A DNA stretch of 63,957 bases, counting the filler, from Octopus bimaculoides (lineage: Eukaryota), in NCBI RefSeq assembly GCF_001194135.2. It is 4 parts of 4 records of this genome, joined end to end, with 100 filler letters (N's around TTAATTAATTAA, not from the genome) between each part and the next. Parts side by side here need not be neighbours in the genome. Positions count along the whole stretch, not along the records: positions 1 to 23,716 come from NC_068981.1; 3 more parts are not named here. One strand, written 5' to 3'. Positions 1-11,245 of the stretch are shown here, piece by piece. Each line of letters starts with the position of its first letter. Position 1 is the first letter of the stretch. A program made the position numbers and the translations under genes. The notes under the pieces are model-generated. The model was given only the letters and a program-made list of their open reading frames with translations. It did not search any database and was not told the origin of the DNA.

Positions 1-952
1 ATATATTGTTTTATTTTATGTTATTATTTAGGGTTATTCAGGTACACTCTCTCCTACATATGACTTTGAAAATAATTTTTCATCCCCACAAAAATCTTAT
101 AATCCGCATAGGGAAGTAATTGATGACATATTGAAGCAGTCACTGGCCATCACATACGTAATTTCATTCCAGGTAGGTGTGTGTTTGAGAGACATAATTG
201 GCATATTAGATTGCATGTAAATATGTTTTGTATCAGCTCTGCAACCTTTTTCTTTAATATTTTGAATGTGTTTTAAATTAATCCTGATAAAAACAACATA
301 AATAAAAGCTGTCGAAAATTCATTTAAATTTAACCTAACTCCCCCGCAATAACGAATATCTCAGCATGCATCGAATGTTTTATTATGTAAAAGAAAGAAA
401 GAAAGAAAGAATACATACATACATATTATGCACACATACACATCTAAACATTACACCATCATGACGAAAACTTTGCTCTTTTCCCTGTTCCCAGCTGGAA
501 GATCAGTTAATAGCACCGCTGAGCTTGAGCATATTCTCTTGCAAAACTTACGTCACTAAACCCCCGCATCTAATTCCTTACGTAATTCTTAATTACCCAG
601 ATGTTTCGAGTGTTGCTGCAGCTGTCTCCAGTTAACTGCATGACAAGTAAAAATCCGAAGAAAACGCATGTCAACATTTGGCAGCGCGACAACAGCAACG
701 ACGACGATGACGACAAAGAAAGCAACGTTATAGACTTTTTGCCATTAGAAAGTTCAATGCATATCATTTAAAAATGTGCATTATATTATTGTATATGAAC
801 ATTTTAATATATTTGATGAATAGAAAATAACATTCAGACATCTGGGAAAGAATTTACGTCATTTGAAGGCCCTTAATGAAAAATAATTATAGTTTCCAAT
901 AATAGGCACGAGGTCAGAAATATTTGGTGCAAAGAAATTAGTTGATTGCATT

Positions 953-1085
953 GGTGCCAATTCGTACTTCATTTTTATTTTATCGACCATGGGAAGTTGG
1001 CTTCGGCAAGGTTTGAACTCAGAACGTTCAAAGCCAGAACAAATACTATATGGCTGCTGTCCGACACTATAACTATTCTGCGAAT
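953..1085 (-). mobile_element. Old degraded SINE family A copy
   Basis: Diverged match to the adjacent 1111-1338 copy (ttttatcgacc...tttgaactcagaacg, the reverse B-box region). Confidence 0.5.
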
Positions 1086-1110
1086 CAACCGCACTGATGA
1101 TAAGGATGAT

Positions 1111-1334
1111 AATAATAATAATCCTTTCTGCTATAGGCACAAGGCCCATATTTTGTGGGGAGGGGGACAGTCGATCACATCGACCCCAGTACTCAACTGG
1201 TACTTATTTTATCGACCTCGGAAGGATGAAAGGCAGAGTCGACACCGGCGGAATTTGAACTCAGAACGGAGCGACGGACGAAATACCGTTAAGCATTTCA
1301 CCCAGCGTGCTAACGATTCTGCCAGCTCGCCACC

Positions 1335-1338
<4 letters not shown>
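1111..1338 (-). mobile_element. tRNA-head SINE family A, tail 1 ((ATT)n tail), near full length
   Basis: Minus strand reads AAGGTGGCGAGCTGGCAGAATCGTTAGC (A-box-like) ... GAGTTCAAATTCC (B box) ... GGCCTTGTGCCTATAGCAGAAAGG(ATT)n. More than 15 related copies occur in the window. Confidence 0.85.
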
Positions 1339-1378
<40 letters not shown>

Positions 1379-1382
<4 letters not shown>

Positions 1383-1869
1383 TGTGGGATCTGAAGACGA
1401 AAACAATACCTATTGTCATAGGTNNNNNNNNNNNNNNNNNNNNNNNNNNNNNNNNNNNNNNNNNNNNNNNNNNNNNNNNNNNNNNNNNNNNNNNNNNNNN
1501 NNNNNNNNNNNNNNNNNNNNNNNNNNNNNNNNNNNNNNNNNNNNNNNNNNNNNNNNNNNNNNNNNNNNNNNNNNNNNNNNNNNNNNNNNNNNNNNNNNNN
1601 NNNNNNNNNNNNNNNNNNNNNNNNNNNNNNNNNNNNNNNNNNNNNNNNNCCCATATCCTACGTAAAATACTGTCTATGTGATCTCAAATTTTAAAGCAAA
1701 CACATAATTTTCTTATGGTTTCTTAAACATTCACTTGAACAAAACTGTACAAATCCAAATATATGGTACTCTAGGCATAACACCTACATGAACTTCTAAC
1801 TTGTTGTCTCTTGAGGTCTCTGGGTGAGACTTGGATCCAACTTGTACAAATGCAAAACAAAAGTCAAAC

Positions 1870-1917
<48 letters not shown>
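1379..1917 (+). mobile_element. R4/Dong-clade RLE LINE, 3' fragment (gap inside) with 3'UTR and (AAT)n tail
   Basis: Translates KMWDLKTKTIPIVIG...HILRKILSM*, homologous to the RLE C-terminus at 42250-42482. (AAT)n tracts flank both sides (1336-1378 and 1873-1917). Confidence 0.75.
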
Positions 1918-1918
<1 letters not shown>

Positions 1919-2114
1919 TTCTTTACTTCTACTACAGGCACAAGGCCTGCGATTTAGAGGAGAGGATAGCCGATTACATTTGACTGGTGCTTGCTTATTT
2001 TTATAAATTCCAAAAGGATGAAAGGCAGAGTCGACTTCAACGGCATTTGAACTCAGAACGTAAAGAGCCACAATAAATGTCAGCAAGCATTTTCTCCGGC
2101 GTGCTAACAGTTCT
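1918..2114 (-). mobile_element. SINE family A copy
   Basis: Match to 1111-1338 from the tail through the B box to near the head. Confidence 0.8.
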
Positions 2115-2199
2115 ATTCGTTTTTGATTTAGGCGCAAAGCCAGGGATTTTAGTGGGAGGAGTAGTCATTACATTCTATTTCTTCACTGGTACTAACATA

Positions 2200-2402
2200 A
2201 ATACAATACCAGAAATTTCGGGAAAGGAATTTGTTGATTCTATCAACTTCAGTACTTGACTGGTACGAGTTCTTTATTTCATCGAGCCCGGAAGGAAGAA
2301 AGGTAAAGCTGACTTCGGTTGTATTTGAATTCAGAACATAAAGAACTAGAACAAATGCCGTATTCTTCGTTGTTCTATCGATTCTGCCAGACTACAGCCT
2401 TC
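2200..2402 (-). mobile_element. Old SINE family A copy
   Basis: Diverged match including gattctgccag (head) and tttgaattcagaac (B box). Confidence 0.65.
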
Positions 2403-2642
2403 AGATTTGAGGAGAGAGATTCTCTTTCTCTCTTCCCCCTCTCTCTCCTATAATTTGATTAAATTGATTCCATTATTTAACTACAACATTATTTTATCAA
2501 TTATTGGAAGAAAGAAATGAAAGTTAGCGCCATCAAGATTTGAACCCATAACGTAAAGCAACGTCAGAAAATATTTCAATGCATTCCCCGACACTATACC
2601 GAACCTGCTAATACACTGTTCTGAGAATGTGTAATCTTATTA

Positions 2643-2966
2643 TGTGAAGGCGCGTGGCTTAGTGATTAGGGCATTCGGCTCATGATCGTAAGGTCGTGAG
2701 TTCAATTCCCGGCGACGCGTTGTGTACTTGAGCAAGACACTTTATTTCACGTTGCTCCAGTCCACTCAGCTGGCAAAAATGAGTTGTACCTGTATTCCAA
2801 AGGGCCGGCCTTATCACACTCTGTGTCACGCTGAATCTCCTTGAGAACTACGTTAGGGGTACACGTGTCTGTGGATTGCTCAGTCACTTACACGTTAATT
2901 TCACGAGCAAGCTGTTCCGCTGATCGGATCAGCTGGGACCCTCGTCGTCGTGATCGATGGAGTGCT
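2643..2966 (+). mobile_element. tRNA-head SINE family B, full length
   Basis: A box TGGCTTAGTGATTAG and B box GAGTTCAATTCC, then TTGAGCAAGACACTTTA. A full-length second copy lies at 23021-23347 (minus). Confidence 0.9.
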
Positions 2967-3007
2967 CCTTTAATCTTATTATAACAATAATTATGCGCAT
3001 ACATACA

Positions 3008-3053
<46 letters not shown>

Positions 3054-3145
3054 CTGCCTGTCTTCTGTCTGTCTATATGTACGTACGTACGTATGTATGT
3101 ATGTATGTATGTACGTATGTATGCATGCATGTGTGCGCGTGTGTA
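3008..3145. repeat. (ATCT)n/(GTCT)n/(GTAT)n compound microsatellite
   Basis: Direct reading of the sequence. Confidence 0.9.
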
Positions 3146-3494
3146 AGTGCATGTGAGAGCGAAGAACGTCCCACTACCACCACCACCATATCTATCATTA
3201 AATCAAGCTATAGAAAATTTGTTTGGTACTAGTTTTAGAAATAAAATAGAACTTCAACGTGCCAAAACCCAAAATTGAACCAGCAGCTTTAAGATCTTCA
3301 GTCTAACCAACTCTCGAGCCGAAACACTTGAGTGAATGAACAGCAGAGGATCCCTGAAAACCTGCTGTTCAGCTCCCTCTAGTGTTTCTTACTACTAGGG
3401 ATATTTTAACTGTGATTAAAATGCAAATATTTTGAAAGAATATTCTAAATAAAATACGTGCAATAATGTGTAAAGAAAACATCCTTCTAAATTA

Positions 3495-3634
3495 AAAAGT
3501 AATTCAAAATCAACCCGGGAAGAGTGAAGGTAAAGTCGGCTTCGTAGGAATTTGAACTCAGAATGTAATGATGGACGAAATGCTTCGCAGAAGTTCGTCC
3601 GGCGTGGAAACGATTGAGCCAAAGCACAGCCTTA
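3495..3634 (-). mobile_element. Old SINE family A copy (5' half)
   Basis: aaagtcggc...gaatttgaactcagaa...gacgaaatgct matches family A. Confidence 0.65.
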
Positions 3635-3816
3635 GCAACAACTATAATAATAACAATAATAATAATTTCTTTACTAACCACGAAAGCTCAAGGAGGACAA
3701 AGACAATAGTGAGAACAAAATACAAACGCAGTAGGAATTTATGTGTAAAGTGTAAAATATAACAAAATATATAATAATACAATTCTAAAATACATTATTC
3801 TATAATACATTATTTT

Positions 3817-5400
3817 AGAACTTCTGAAATAATTCCGGAAAACAGGGATAGCTGCTTAGAAGAAAATTCCATAAAACCTCGAAGACCCTATCTACCAAGG
3901 GCAAGTCCCCTCTCCCACATTTCGTTCCCTGGTCTACAAGTGCATGCTCAGAGAGTTGGCTCGTTCACTCGTACCATATTCACGATTTTTACCCACGTCT
4001 CAAAGAATTTTCTGAGGTGGTTGTCCTTTCCTTTCCACCCCCACGTTCTTCTCCAAATGAATCTTGAAAATGTTGATGAGGGCTTAACCGACAAATAAGG
4101 TGCCTGTCTTCAATTATTTCAGTCTCGTCCGCTACACAATCTATTTCGCCATAGCCATCAAACAAAGGGAAACTGTCTGACCTTTTCAACCAAAGAAAGC
4201 GGTGTGCTTATCTTCACGATTGACTCAGTAGCTCTCCGACAAACTCGCCAAGACTATAATGCTCGGACATTGGACAAGTGCCTGTAAAACAGTTTCATCG
4301 TTTCGCGCAACATCTCGGACAGACCCGGTTGACTGCACTTCCGTGCCCGTAGAATGTGTCAAGAACTGACAATGCTCCAGGATAACACTGTCAGCTCAGG
4401 CATTTCTGGAAGTTATCAATAGTTCTTCAGTTGAAAATTCTTTGGCACAGACCATTTCTTTGATTCTCGTCGACGCCTAATGTTTTCCAGAGAATGTCGT
4501 TACTCTTTCTCATCCACTACTAGTCTTTTATAAAACGCAGATGCCGACGTTCTATCGTTTGCATTGCCCGACTGGTTAAAGTCTGTCACTGTCTGAGAAC
4601 ATTCCTGATGGCAAGCGTCTAGTTTTTGATCTCCGTTTGATCCAAAACTACAACCCCACCAAGGAAATGAACTGCAGAAAGACGCGTCTGATAAAGAGCG
4701 ATCACAGATACTCTCCATCGAGAAATCTTTGTAGATGCCGCAGCCTTAGAGTATGTTTGCGCATTAACAACCACGACATCCTGTGCCGTCCGTTCAAAGA
4801 ATACTAACAGTATATGGACCGATTTCCCGTCGAAGTAACTAAGGAGATTCCGTGACTTCATTGCATATTTAAAGAGAATATGCCGAGACTCCACAAAGTA
4901 GGTAATGGTATGGGATCGAGTCACCAAGAGAATTTTTCTTTTCTGTAAAAAAGAAGAGAAAACATTATGAGCAGGCGGTTGAAATTTAGTCAGAACTTCT
5001 GAAATAAGGCACAGACGTCAGGTGGTTGTTCACAACCAAAACAAAACACTAGTTGGCCACCTTCAGCCAGTCTTTCAGAGATAGCTTTATCTTTATCCAT
5101 TTTGGGGCGAGATATGCCACTTAGTTTCATAGCCCCCCCCCCTCTCTCTCCTAGGTTTCGTATCGACGAACAAGGTTCGTGAAACATAGAGCATACAGTG
5201 AATTTGTTGCGTGTCGCGTCTCTGTCAGTCGGACCCAGAACATGGCTTTCAGTCTTCATATCTCTTTACAACACAACATTCAGGTCTAACCTGAGTGAAG
5301 CAGCCAGTACCATCGTCACTATGACCATGTTTGTGGTGTTTCTTCTAAAAGTTTCCCTTCCAGATTCACTTCTAATTCAAGCTAACCTTGTGAAAATATA
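3817..5400. other. Repeat-free, CpG-containing unique block of unknown function (possible non-coding exon or old insertion)
   Basis: No microsatellites and more balanced base composition than the flanks. Strong minus-strand acceptor (tgttttctcttcttttttacAG at 4944-4943). Stops interrupt all frames I translated. Confidence 0.25.
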
Positions 5401-6387
5401 TTTAATTTGGCGTTAATATATATTTAATGCAAAGATCATTAGAAAAAAACAACTATAAATAATTATACGGTGAGAAAATAGTATTAGTTAATGACTAATA
5501 CTGTTTTTATCGTTTCGGCATGTATGGGTGACAACTTCATAACACGTTTCAATTTCTATTATTCTTCAGCGGTGAAGCATAGACTTTATCGTACTTAGCA
5601 AAGCAGTGATGGAAGAATCACTAAATGTACATTGTGTATGTACACAGACTGGTGCATAAAAATAGAATTGTCCCGACAATAAATAACTCAAAGACGTCAT
5701 CGGCATGAAAAACAATAGTTAAATTAGTGTCAACATTTTATTTCAAGGTGCATTAAAAAACTAATTAGAAATAATTATGAGGTGAAGAAAAAAGAAAGAA
5801 TACTTGCTGACCCGCTTCAATTCGCCCACAACGTCGTTATCGACTTCTTCATAAATCTAAATAAAACAGACAAGAATGACAAGGAATGGAAAGTTCTCAG
5901 TATAAAGGTAAATGAGATCGTATGCAGAAAGGTGAAAATGGACACCAGCCAAGTGAGGGGTGGGGAGCACATTTGTCTATATGGACAACAGGTGGGAATT
6001 ATTTTGTTCGCCTACGCAGGAAATGATTTCTTAATTCTTGAATAAAATGAATCGGCTACAGAAGTAGATCAAATCAGAAATATAAAAACTAAACACAAAA
6101 TGTATTAAAATTAAAAGCTACATTATTAATAACAAACCAGAAACATGTAAACCCTCAAAAGCTACAGATGACTTAACGTCTAATTTAAAATTACATTGCT
6201 CACATTAAAATTGCTAACTTCACGACACCGGCCGTTATATTGGCCATACAAGTACTATAGCCGCCTGTCAGCTTACCATGCAGTTACAAGGAGCAATAGT
6301 GATACACTATTCTAAAGAATCCCCCTAAAAAATAGAATACTAATGGAGAAGTAGTACTAATGATGCAGGACATTGTTGTACTCTTAC

Positions 6388-6495
6388 AGAATAAGTACCA
6401 GACTTTAAAAAATACTGGAGTCAATTTGTTCGACTAAAGATGGTGCCCCAGCATGGCCACAGTCCAATGACTGAAACAAGTAAAAGATAAAAGAA
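6388..6495 (+). mobile_element. SINE family C 3' fragment
   Basis: agaataagtacc...gttcgactaaagatggtgccccagcatggccacagtccaatgactgaaacaagtaaaaga matches the 3' end of family C. Confidence 0.8.
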
Positions 6496-6968
6496 CTATT
6501 TTCACAAATTTAGTGTAACAAGCGGGGCTTTGAAAATATGTAAGATACGTACTTTTTACAGTTGTTGATGCCTAAATTCCAGTTGTGATAGTTTGTTTCT
6601 TCGTTAGAAACCAACACTTTATTTACAAGAAGAATTTAAAAGAATGTTCCTTTGTTAATATATCTATAAATCTGAAATTTTTTTACTAAATCCATCACTC
6701 TGCAATTTCCTAGTCAAGGCGGCTCCTTAAATAGCACACATACAGCTAGAGTTTCTGCATACGCTGCTCTTGTTGCTTCCAACTTTACACAGTGCACACT
6801 CACACAGAGCAAAATCCTTATCAACTTTTCTACCTCACCATCAATGCACTCAGTCTCCGAACTATTATAATACTTTTTCGGTCACTGAAATCTAGGAAGG
6901 TGATCAGTATCGACGGCATTCCTTCAATTCCGCTCAAATAGTGTTCTCAGAGCTATCACCTAAACTTG

Positions 6969-8125
6969 TTTCTTTATTGCCCACAAGGGGTCAACGAAGA
7001 GGGGACAATACAATACATGTGGGGACATAGAACAAATGAAGGAAAAAAATAAAAACGTATGGTACAATGATAATGAAAATGAAAAATGAAAGTGGCGCTA
7101 CCTGCCCCACGAAGCAACATCACTTATTTTTTCTTAATATTCCATTATATCGAGTCCATAGCCTTCTTTGAGTTCCTCATATTTTATACTCTCTGGTAAT
7201 CTCTCCTTATCATACTCCACCTTCCAAACTTCGTATTTTCCTTTGTATTTTTTAATCTTATTTTTCTGTTCTTCTGTTATTAGTATGCATGTATGGCACC
7301 CGCTAATACTCGCCTCATCCTTCATCCCAACAAACACTGTATTCTCCCATCCCATCACCTTTTTAGCCAGTTCGTCTTCCGCTTCCTCGTACAACACACG
7401 CGCAAAACAACCAGTGGAAGGGGAAGTTTGTGGGTTCCTGTGTGTTAATTCTTTTCTTTTTTGTTTTTGTTTTGGAGGGGAATGGGAAGGTTTGGTGTCT
7501 TCAGGGAGAGGGTGGGNNNNNNNNNNTTGGGTAATTGTGGGGTGGGGTTCTGTGTGTGTTGGACTTAATTTCTTCCTTTTTCTCCTTTTTCTTTTCCTTG
7601 TTGTCTCCCATTCTTTCTCCGCTCCATCTTCTTCCACCTTTACCGGTAACATTGTTTCTTCCTTTTGTTCTTCCTGTGGTTCCTCCTGGACTTCCTCCTG
7701 GGGTTCTTTCTCTTGTGGTCTCTCTGTCTCTTTGTTTGGTAGAGGGCATTTCGCTCTAATGTGGCCCTTTAGACCACATTTAAAGCAGCGAGGGATTCTG
7801 CCCTCCATCCTGACACTCATTATTGTGTCGTTCACCGTTATGGTTTCCACCATATCCTCTATCGTCTCGTTCGACCTCTGAATAATCATATTCAGTGTCT
7901 GACCCTTCTAATTAACACTTTTTGTTTTCGTAGCCTGGAGCACCTCGATCTTATCTTCATTACCCATTAGGACAGCGGCTGCAATCCAGGCCACATCCAT
8001 CTCCGGTGGAATTCCTTCCGCCCTAACCCGAGACGCTCTCTGTCCCAGGTACGTTGGTAAAAGTTTCCTCATTCCTTATCGTGGTCGCTGCATGCTTTTT
8101 CGCTGTTTCGCTTATGTAATAGCTC
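6969..8125 (-). mobile_element. 5'-truncated ORF1-only non-LTR retroelement (HAL1-like 'half-LINE') of L1/Tx1 type
   Basis: ORF1 relic is followed by only ~165 nt of UTR ending GTCCCCTCTTCGTTGACCCCTTGTGGGCAATAAAGAAAC. No ORF2 lies between the stop at 7134 and the poly(A) signal. Confidence 0.6.
7134..8110 (-). pseudogene. Gag-like/ORF1 zinc-knuckle nucleic-acid-binding protein (L1/Tx1-type), disrupted
   Basis: LPTYLGQRASRVRAEGIPPEMDVAW...SVN*KGQTLN...MEGRIPRCFKCGLKGHIRAKCP contains a CX2CX4HX4C knuckle, followed by an acidic linker and basic NLS-like RKRKRRKRKK. It has one in-frame TAG, a frameshift near 8080 and a 10-N gap. Confidence 0.75.
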
Positions 8126-8455
8126 TTAGATTGCGATTAACATTTTACATTTGATTGGGGATATCACACCATATGACACAATGTACTGCTTGTGTTTTAA
8201 TTTAAAAAATCAGCCTTTGACACTAGCGAATGTTGCGTCCAAGAGCTTGGGATACGAGCAAATCATTCAAGTGTGTTGTTGCTGCTGATACTGTCTTTTT
8301 CTGCTACTGATATCGCCGTTCTTGTTGCTATTTAATCCAAAGTTAGACTTGATCGAATTGACCCAGGGTGAGGGTCATTCCAGTTGTGACCATCCTATCC
8401 TGTTAGAAGTATGTAGGACTACATTATATGATATGTCATCGTTACTTCATATGGT

Positions 8456-8512
8456 AGGTAGGGTGCGATTCGAAGGAGATTTGGCTGCTATTTCTAGTAG
8501 GTCAAGTGACCG
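8456..8512 (+). repeat. Dispersed ~55-bp unclassified repeat motif (GGGTGCGATTYGAGGGAGATTTGGCTGCTATTTCTAG)
   Basis: Related copies at 14492-14530 (minus), 51080-51135 and 51181-51240 (plus). Confidence 0.65.
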
Positions 8513-8804
8513 CATACCGGCACCCTCGTTGGCTCGTAGTTGATAGTGTTGATCTTGTGAAAATTATTCGTGACAGTGGAGGTTGTGGTGCTGCTGTTCT
8601 TGACTATTGGTATTGTTCTTTTGCTACTGTTGTACACCATATCACTATTACTATTCTTGTAATCACTGCAGTTGTGTTCATCCACGACGTTGGTATCTAT
8701 AATATTCAGAACACCGACGAACCTCAAAATTCCTCCCACCACCTCTAACTGCAGTAACTTCCCAGGTAGAGGCGAACCAGAACGTACTCATCTCGTTTCT
8801 TTCC

Positions 8805-8835
<31 letters not shown>

Positions 8836-9683
8836 AGGTACTCAACTATCAAAATAAATGACATCCAAAATATTCTTCGAGCCGTATATTTCTGATATGT
8901 AACCATTTCATCTAATCGAGCAGATACTGCGGTACATCGAAGTAATCCAGCCTTTGTAAACAAAAGTGAAACTGGTTGCGTATGATCGAACCCTGATGAA
9001 ATCTTTATATTGATATAAATCGATCAGAGCCTTCGTCGAAGCTAAATTTGCTACATTCCGTCTCCATCGTATATCACGTGAGATAGAAGTCCTTATATAG
9101 CCCAGCCGGGAATCGTACAAGTTTGTGTGAAGCAACGAACCTACCGACGACAAGTGTCAACCTATTTGCTGTCACCTTAGCTAAAATCTTTCATTCTTCA
9201 TTCAGCCGAGTTATGGAACTGAAATAATAAACCATGAGTCACTTGTTCGCGTCTTTATTCAACAGCATCACCACTTTATAGCACATACAAATTGGAAAGC
9301 TCTCAGTTTGCTGCAGATTGCAATAGACGATATACGATAGGTTGCCAAAAGCGAACAAGTTTGGCCTTTATACTCAAAGCTCGTTAGGTAGACTATCTAA
9401 ACACGGTGACTTGCCCTTCACACATACACAGTACCTCACGTATTTCACATTGGTTTAACTGATTTTTTTGCAGTAGCCTACCTATCCTTATAAAAGTCGC
9501 AGCAGGCCACCGAGGAAAACATTAAAATCCACCGTTTACCTCAAGCAGCCAGTAAAGTGTTGTTGAAAATTCGCATACATTTTCCTGGAATCGAGTGGCA
9601 CACACATATCATAGTCAGCCAAAGACTGGATGGTGGCTTTGTTACTACGTCGCATCTTACGTCCATTATTGCGACTTACACAC

Positions 9684-10239
9684 TTTACTCTCTCTTTTAC
9701 TCTTTTACTTGTTTCAGTCATTTGACTGCGGCCATGCTGAAGCACCGCCTTTAGTCGAGCAAATCGACCCCAGGACTTATTCTTTGGAAGCCTAGTACTT
9801 ATTCTATCGGTCTCTTTTGCCGAACCGCTAAGTTACGGGTACATAAACACACTACCATCGGTTGTCAAGCGATGTTGGAGGGACAAGCACAGACACACAA
9901 ACATATACACNNNNNNNNNNNNNNNNNNNNNNNNNNNNNNNNNNNNNNNNNNNNNNNNNNNNNNNNNNNNNNNNNNNNNNNNNNNNNNNNNNNNNNNNNN
10001 NNNNNNNNNNNNNNNNNNNNNNNNNNNNNNNNNNNNNNNNNNNNATATATATATATATATATATACATATACACGACGGGCTTCTTTCAGTTTCCGTCTA
10101 CCAAATCCACTCACAAGGCTTTGGTCGGCCCGAGGCTATAGCAGAAGACACTTGCCCAAGGTGTCACGCAGTGGGACTGAACCCAGAACCATGTAGTTCG
10201 TAAGCAAGCTACTAACCACACAGCCACTCCTGCGCCTAC
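9684..10239 (-). mobile_element. tRNA-head SINE family C with CORE-like segment and internal microsatellite (gap inside)
   Basis: Minus strand reads GTGGCTGTGTGGTTAGTAG...GGGTTCAGTCCCACTGCGTGACACCTTGGGCAAGTGTCTTCTGCTATAGCCTCGGG ... (TA/TG)n ... GACTGAAACAAGTAAAAGAG tail. About 9 related copies occur in the window. Confidence 0.88.
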
Positions 10240-11208
10240 ACACGTTAAAGAAATGACCGAGTATCATTTTTGCGGCAAGTACGTCGGTCATAATATCTTT
10301 CCTAATATATCTTCTAATCTGCTGTTTTTTTCCAAACCTTATCAACTCTAATGGTTTTCTTACTTTCCTATTCCTGATTGCTCTAAGCTTTACTCACTGG
10401 GAACGATGCGTTCAGCTTCAAGTAATCATATCTCTGTCTATGAGTCTTATCTAAGCTTACAGTACAGATCAGTGCAGAACTTGTAGTCTGTATAGTCACA
10501 TAACCGAAACTGTAGGCGCCTCCGTATCTTTAGCCACCAATTTATGAAAAAGAAAAAAGACTCCATGTAGATGCGATCTTGATGAATCAGTGTGATTTCT
10601 TCTGGTCCACATTGGTAAATTCGGAAAATCCTATCGGTATGTTTCTAAGAATCAGAACTGCTTGCACGTAGTTTACCGCGACTTTCTGCTTTAACAAGTT
10701 CTACACAATCGCAGCGTGTGTCTGAGACGCCGTTACAGCAGCCCACTAACAGTAATATGTCTAAAAATGCTTCTTGATGCCTGAAGGAGCCTGACCTTCA
10801 CTATTGTTTGTGTGCCCGGCTTCACTATTGTTCACACCCAGTATCAACCTACTGTTTTGATCTAAACATTTTGAAAGCAACACTTCCACCCTACTCGATC
10901 TGGGTCAACCGAAACAGGCCTAGGAAAAGTACGAGCGTGGGCGTCTTAAAAATGTTGGTCTTAGTGATAGTTATACTATATCTAGTGACCTAAGGTCATT
11001 AAGCAAGTGACCTTGTACATTTACACAGCCAACTTTTAGAATGGCCATGTAGGTGTAAAATACAGAAAATGGAAAAGACATCTAGAACAACCTGAAATTC
11101 GGTTTCCGAAGTCTCTAAAGATCCTTCTAGCATTGCGTAAACTGTTCTGTTTCGAAAAAGACCCACTTCCGCGTGGAATCTCCCCGACAAGTTTCTGCAG
11201 ACCTTTGG

Positions 11209-11245
<37 letters not shown>

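Noticed and set aside
495-635. Plus-strand terminal exon candidate after a strong acceptor at 493-494 (LEDQLIAPL...AAAVSS*)
   Set aside because: No recognisable homology and no upstream exon in the window. Such acceptor plus short open frame combinations are common by chance.
2643-2720. tRNA gene call for SINE heads (also 23270-23347 and 41190-41258)
   Set aside because: A and B boxes are present, but there is no proper acceptor stem and the heads continue into SINE bodies.
4619-4927. 102-aa minus-strand ORF and neighbours (3989-4189, 4500-4718, 4990-5259) as a gene
   Set aside because: They do not join into a consistent frame, multiple stops intervene, and I recognise no protein family.
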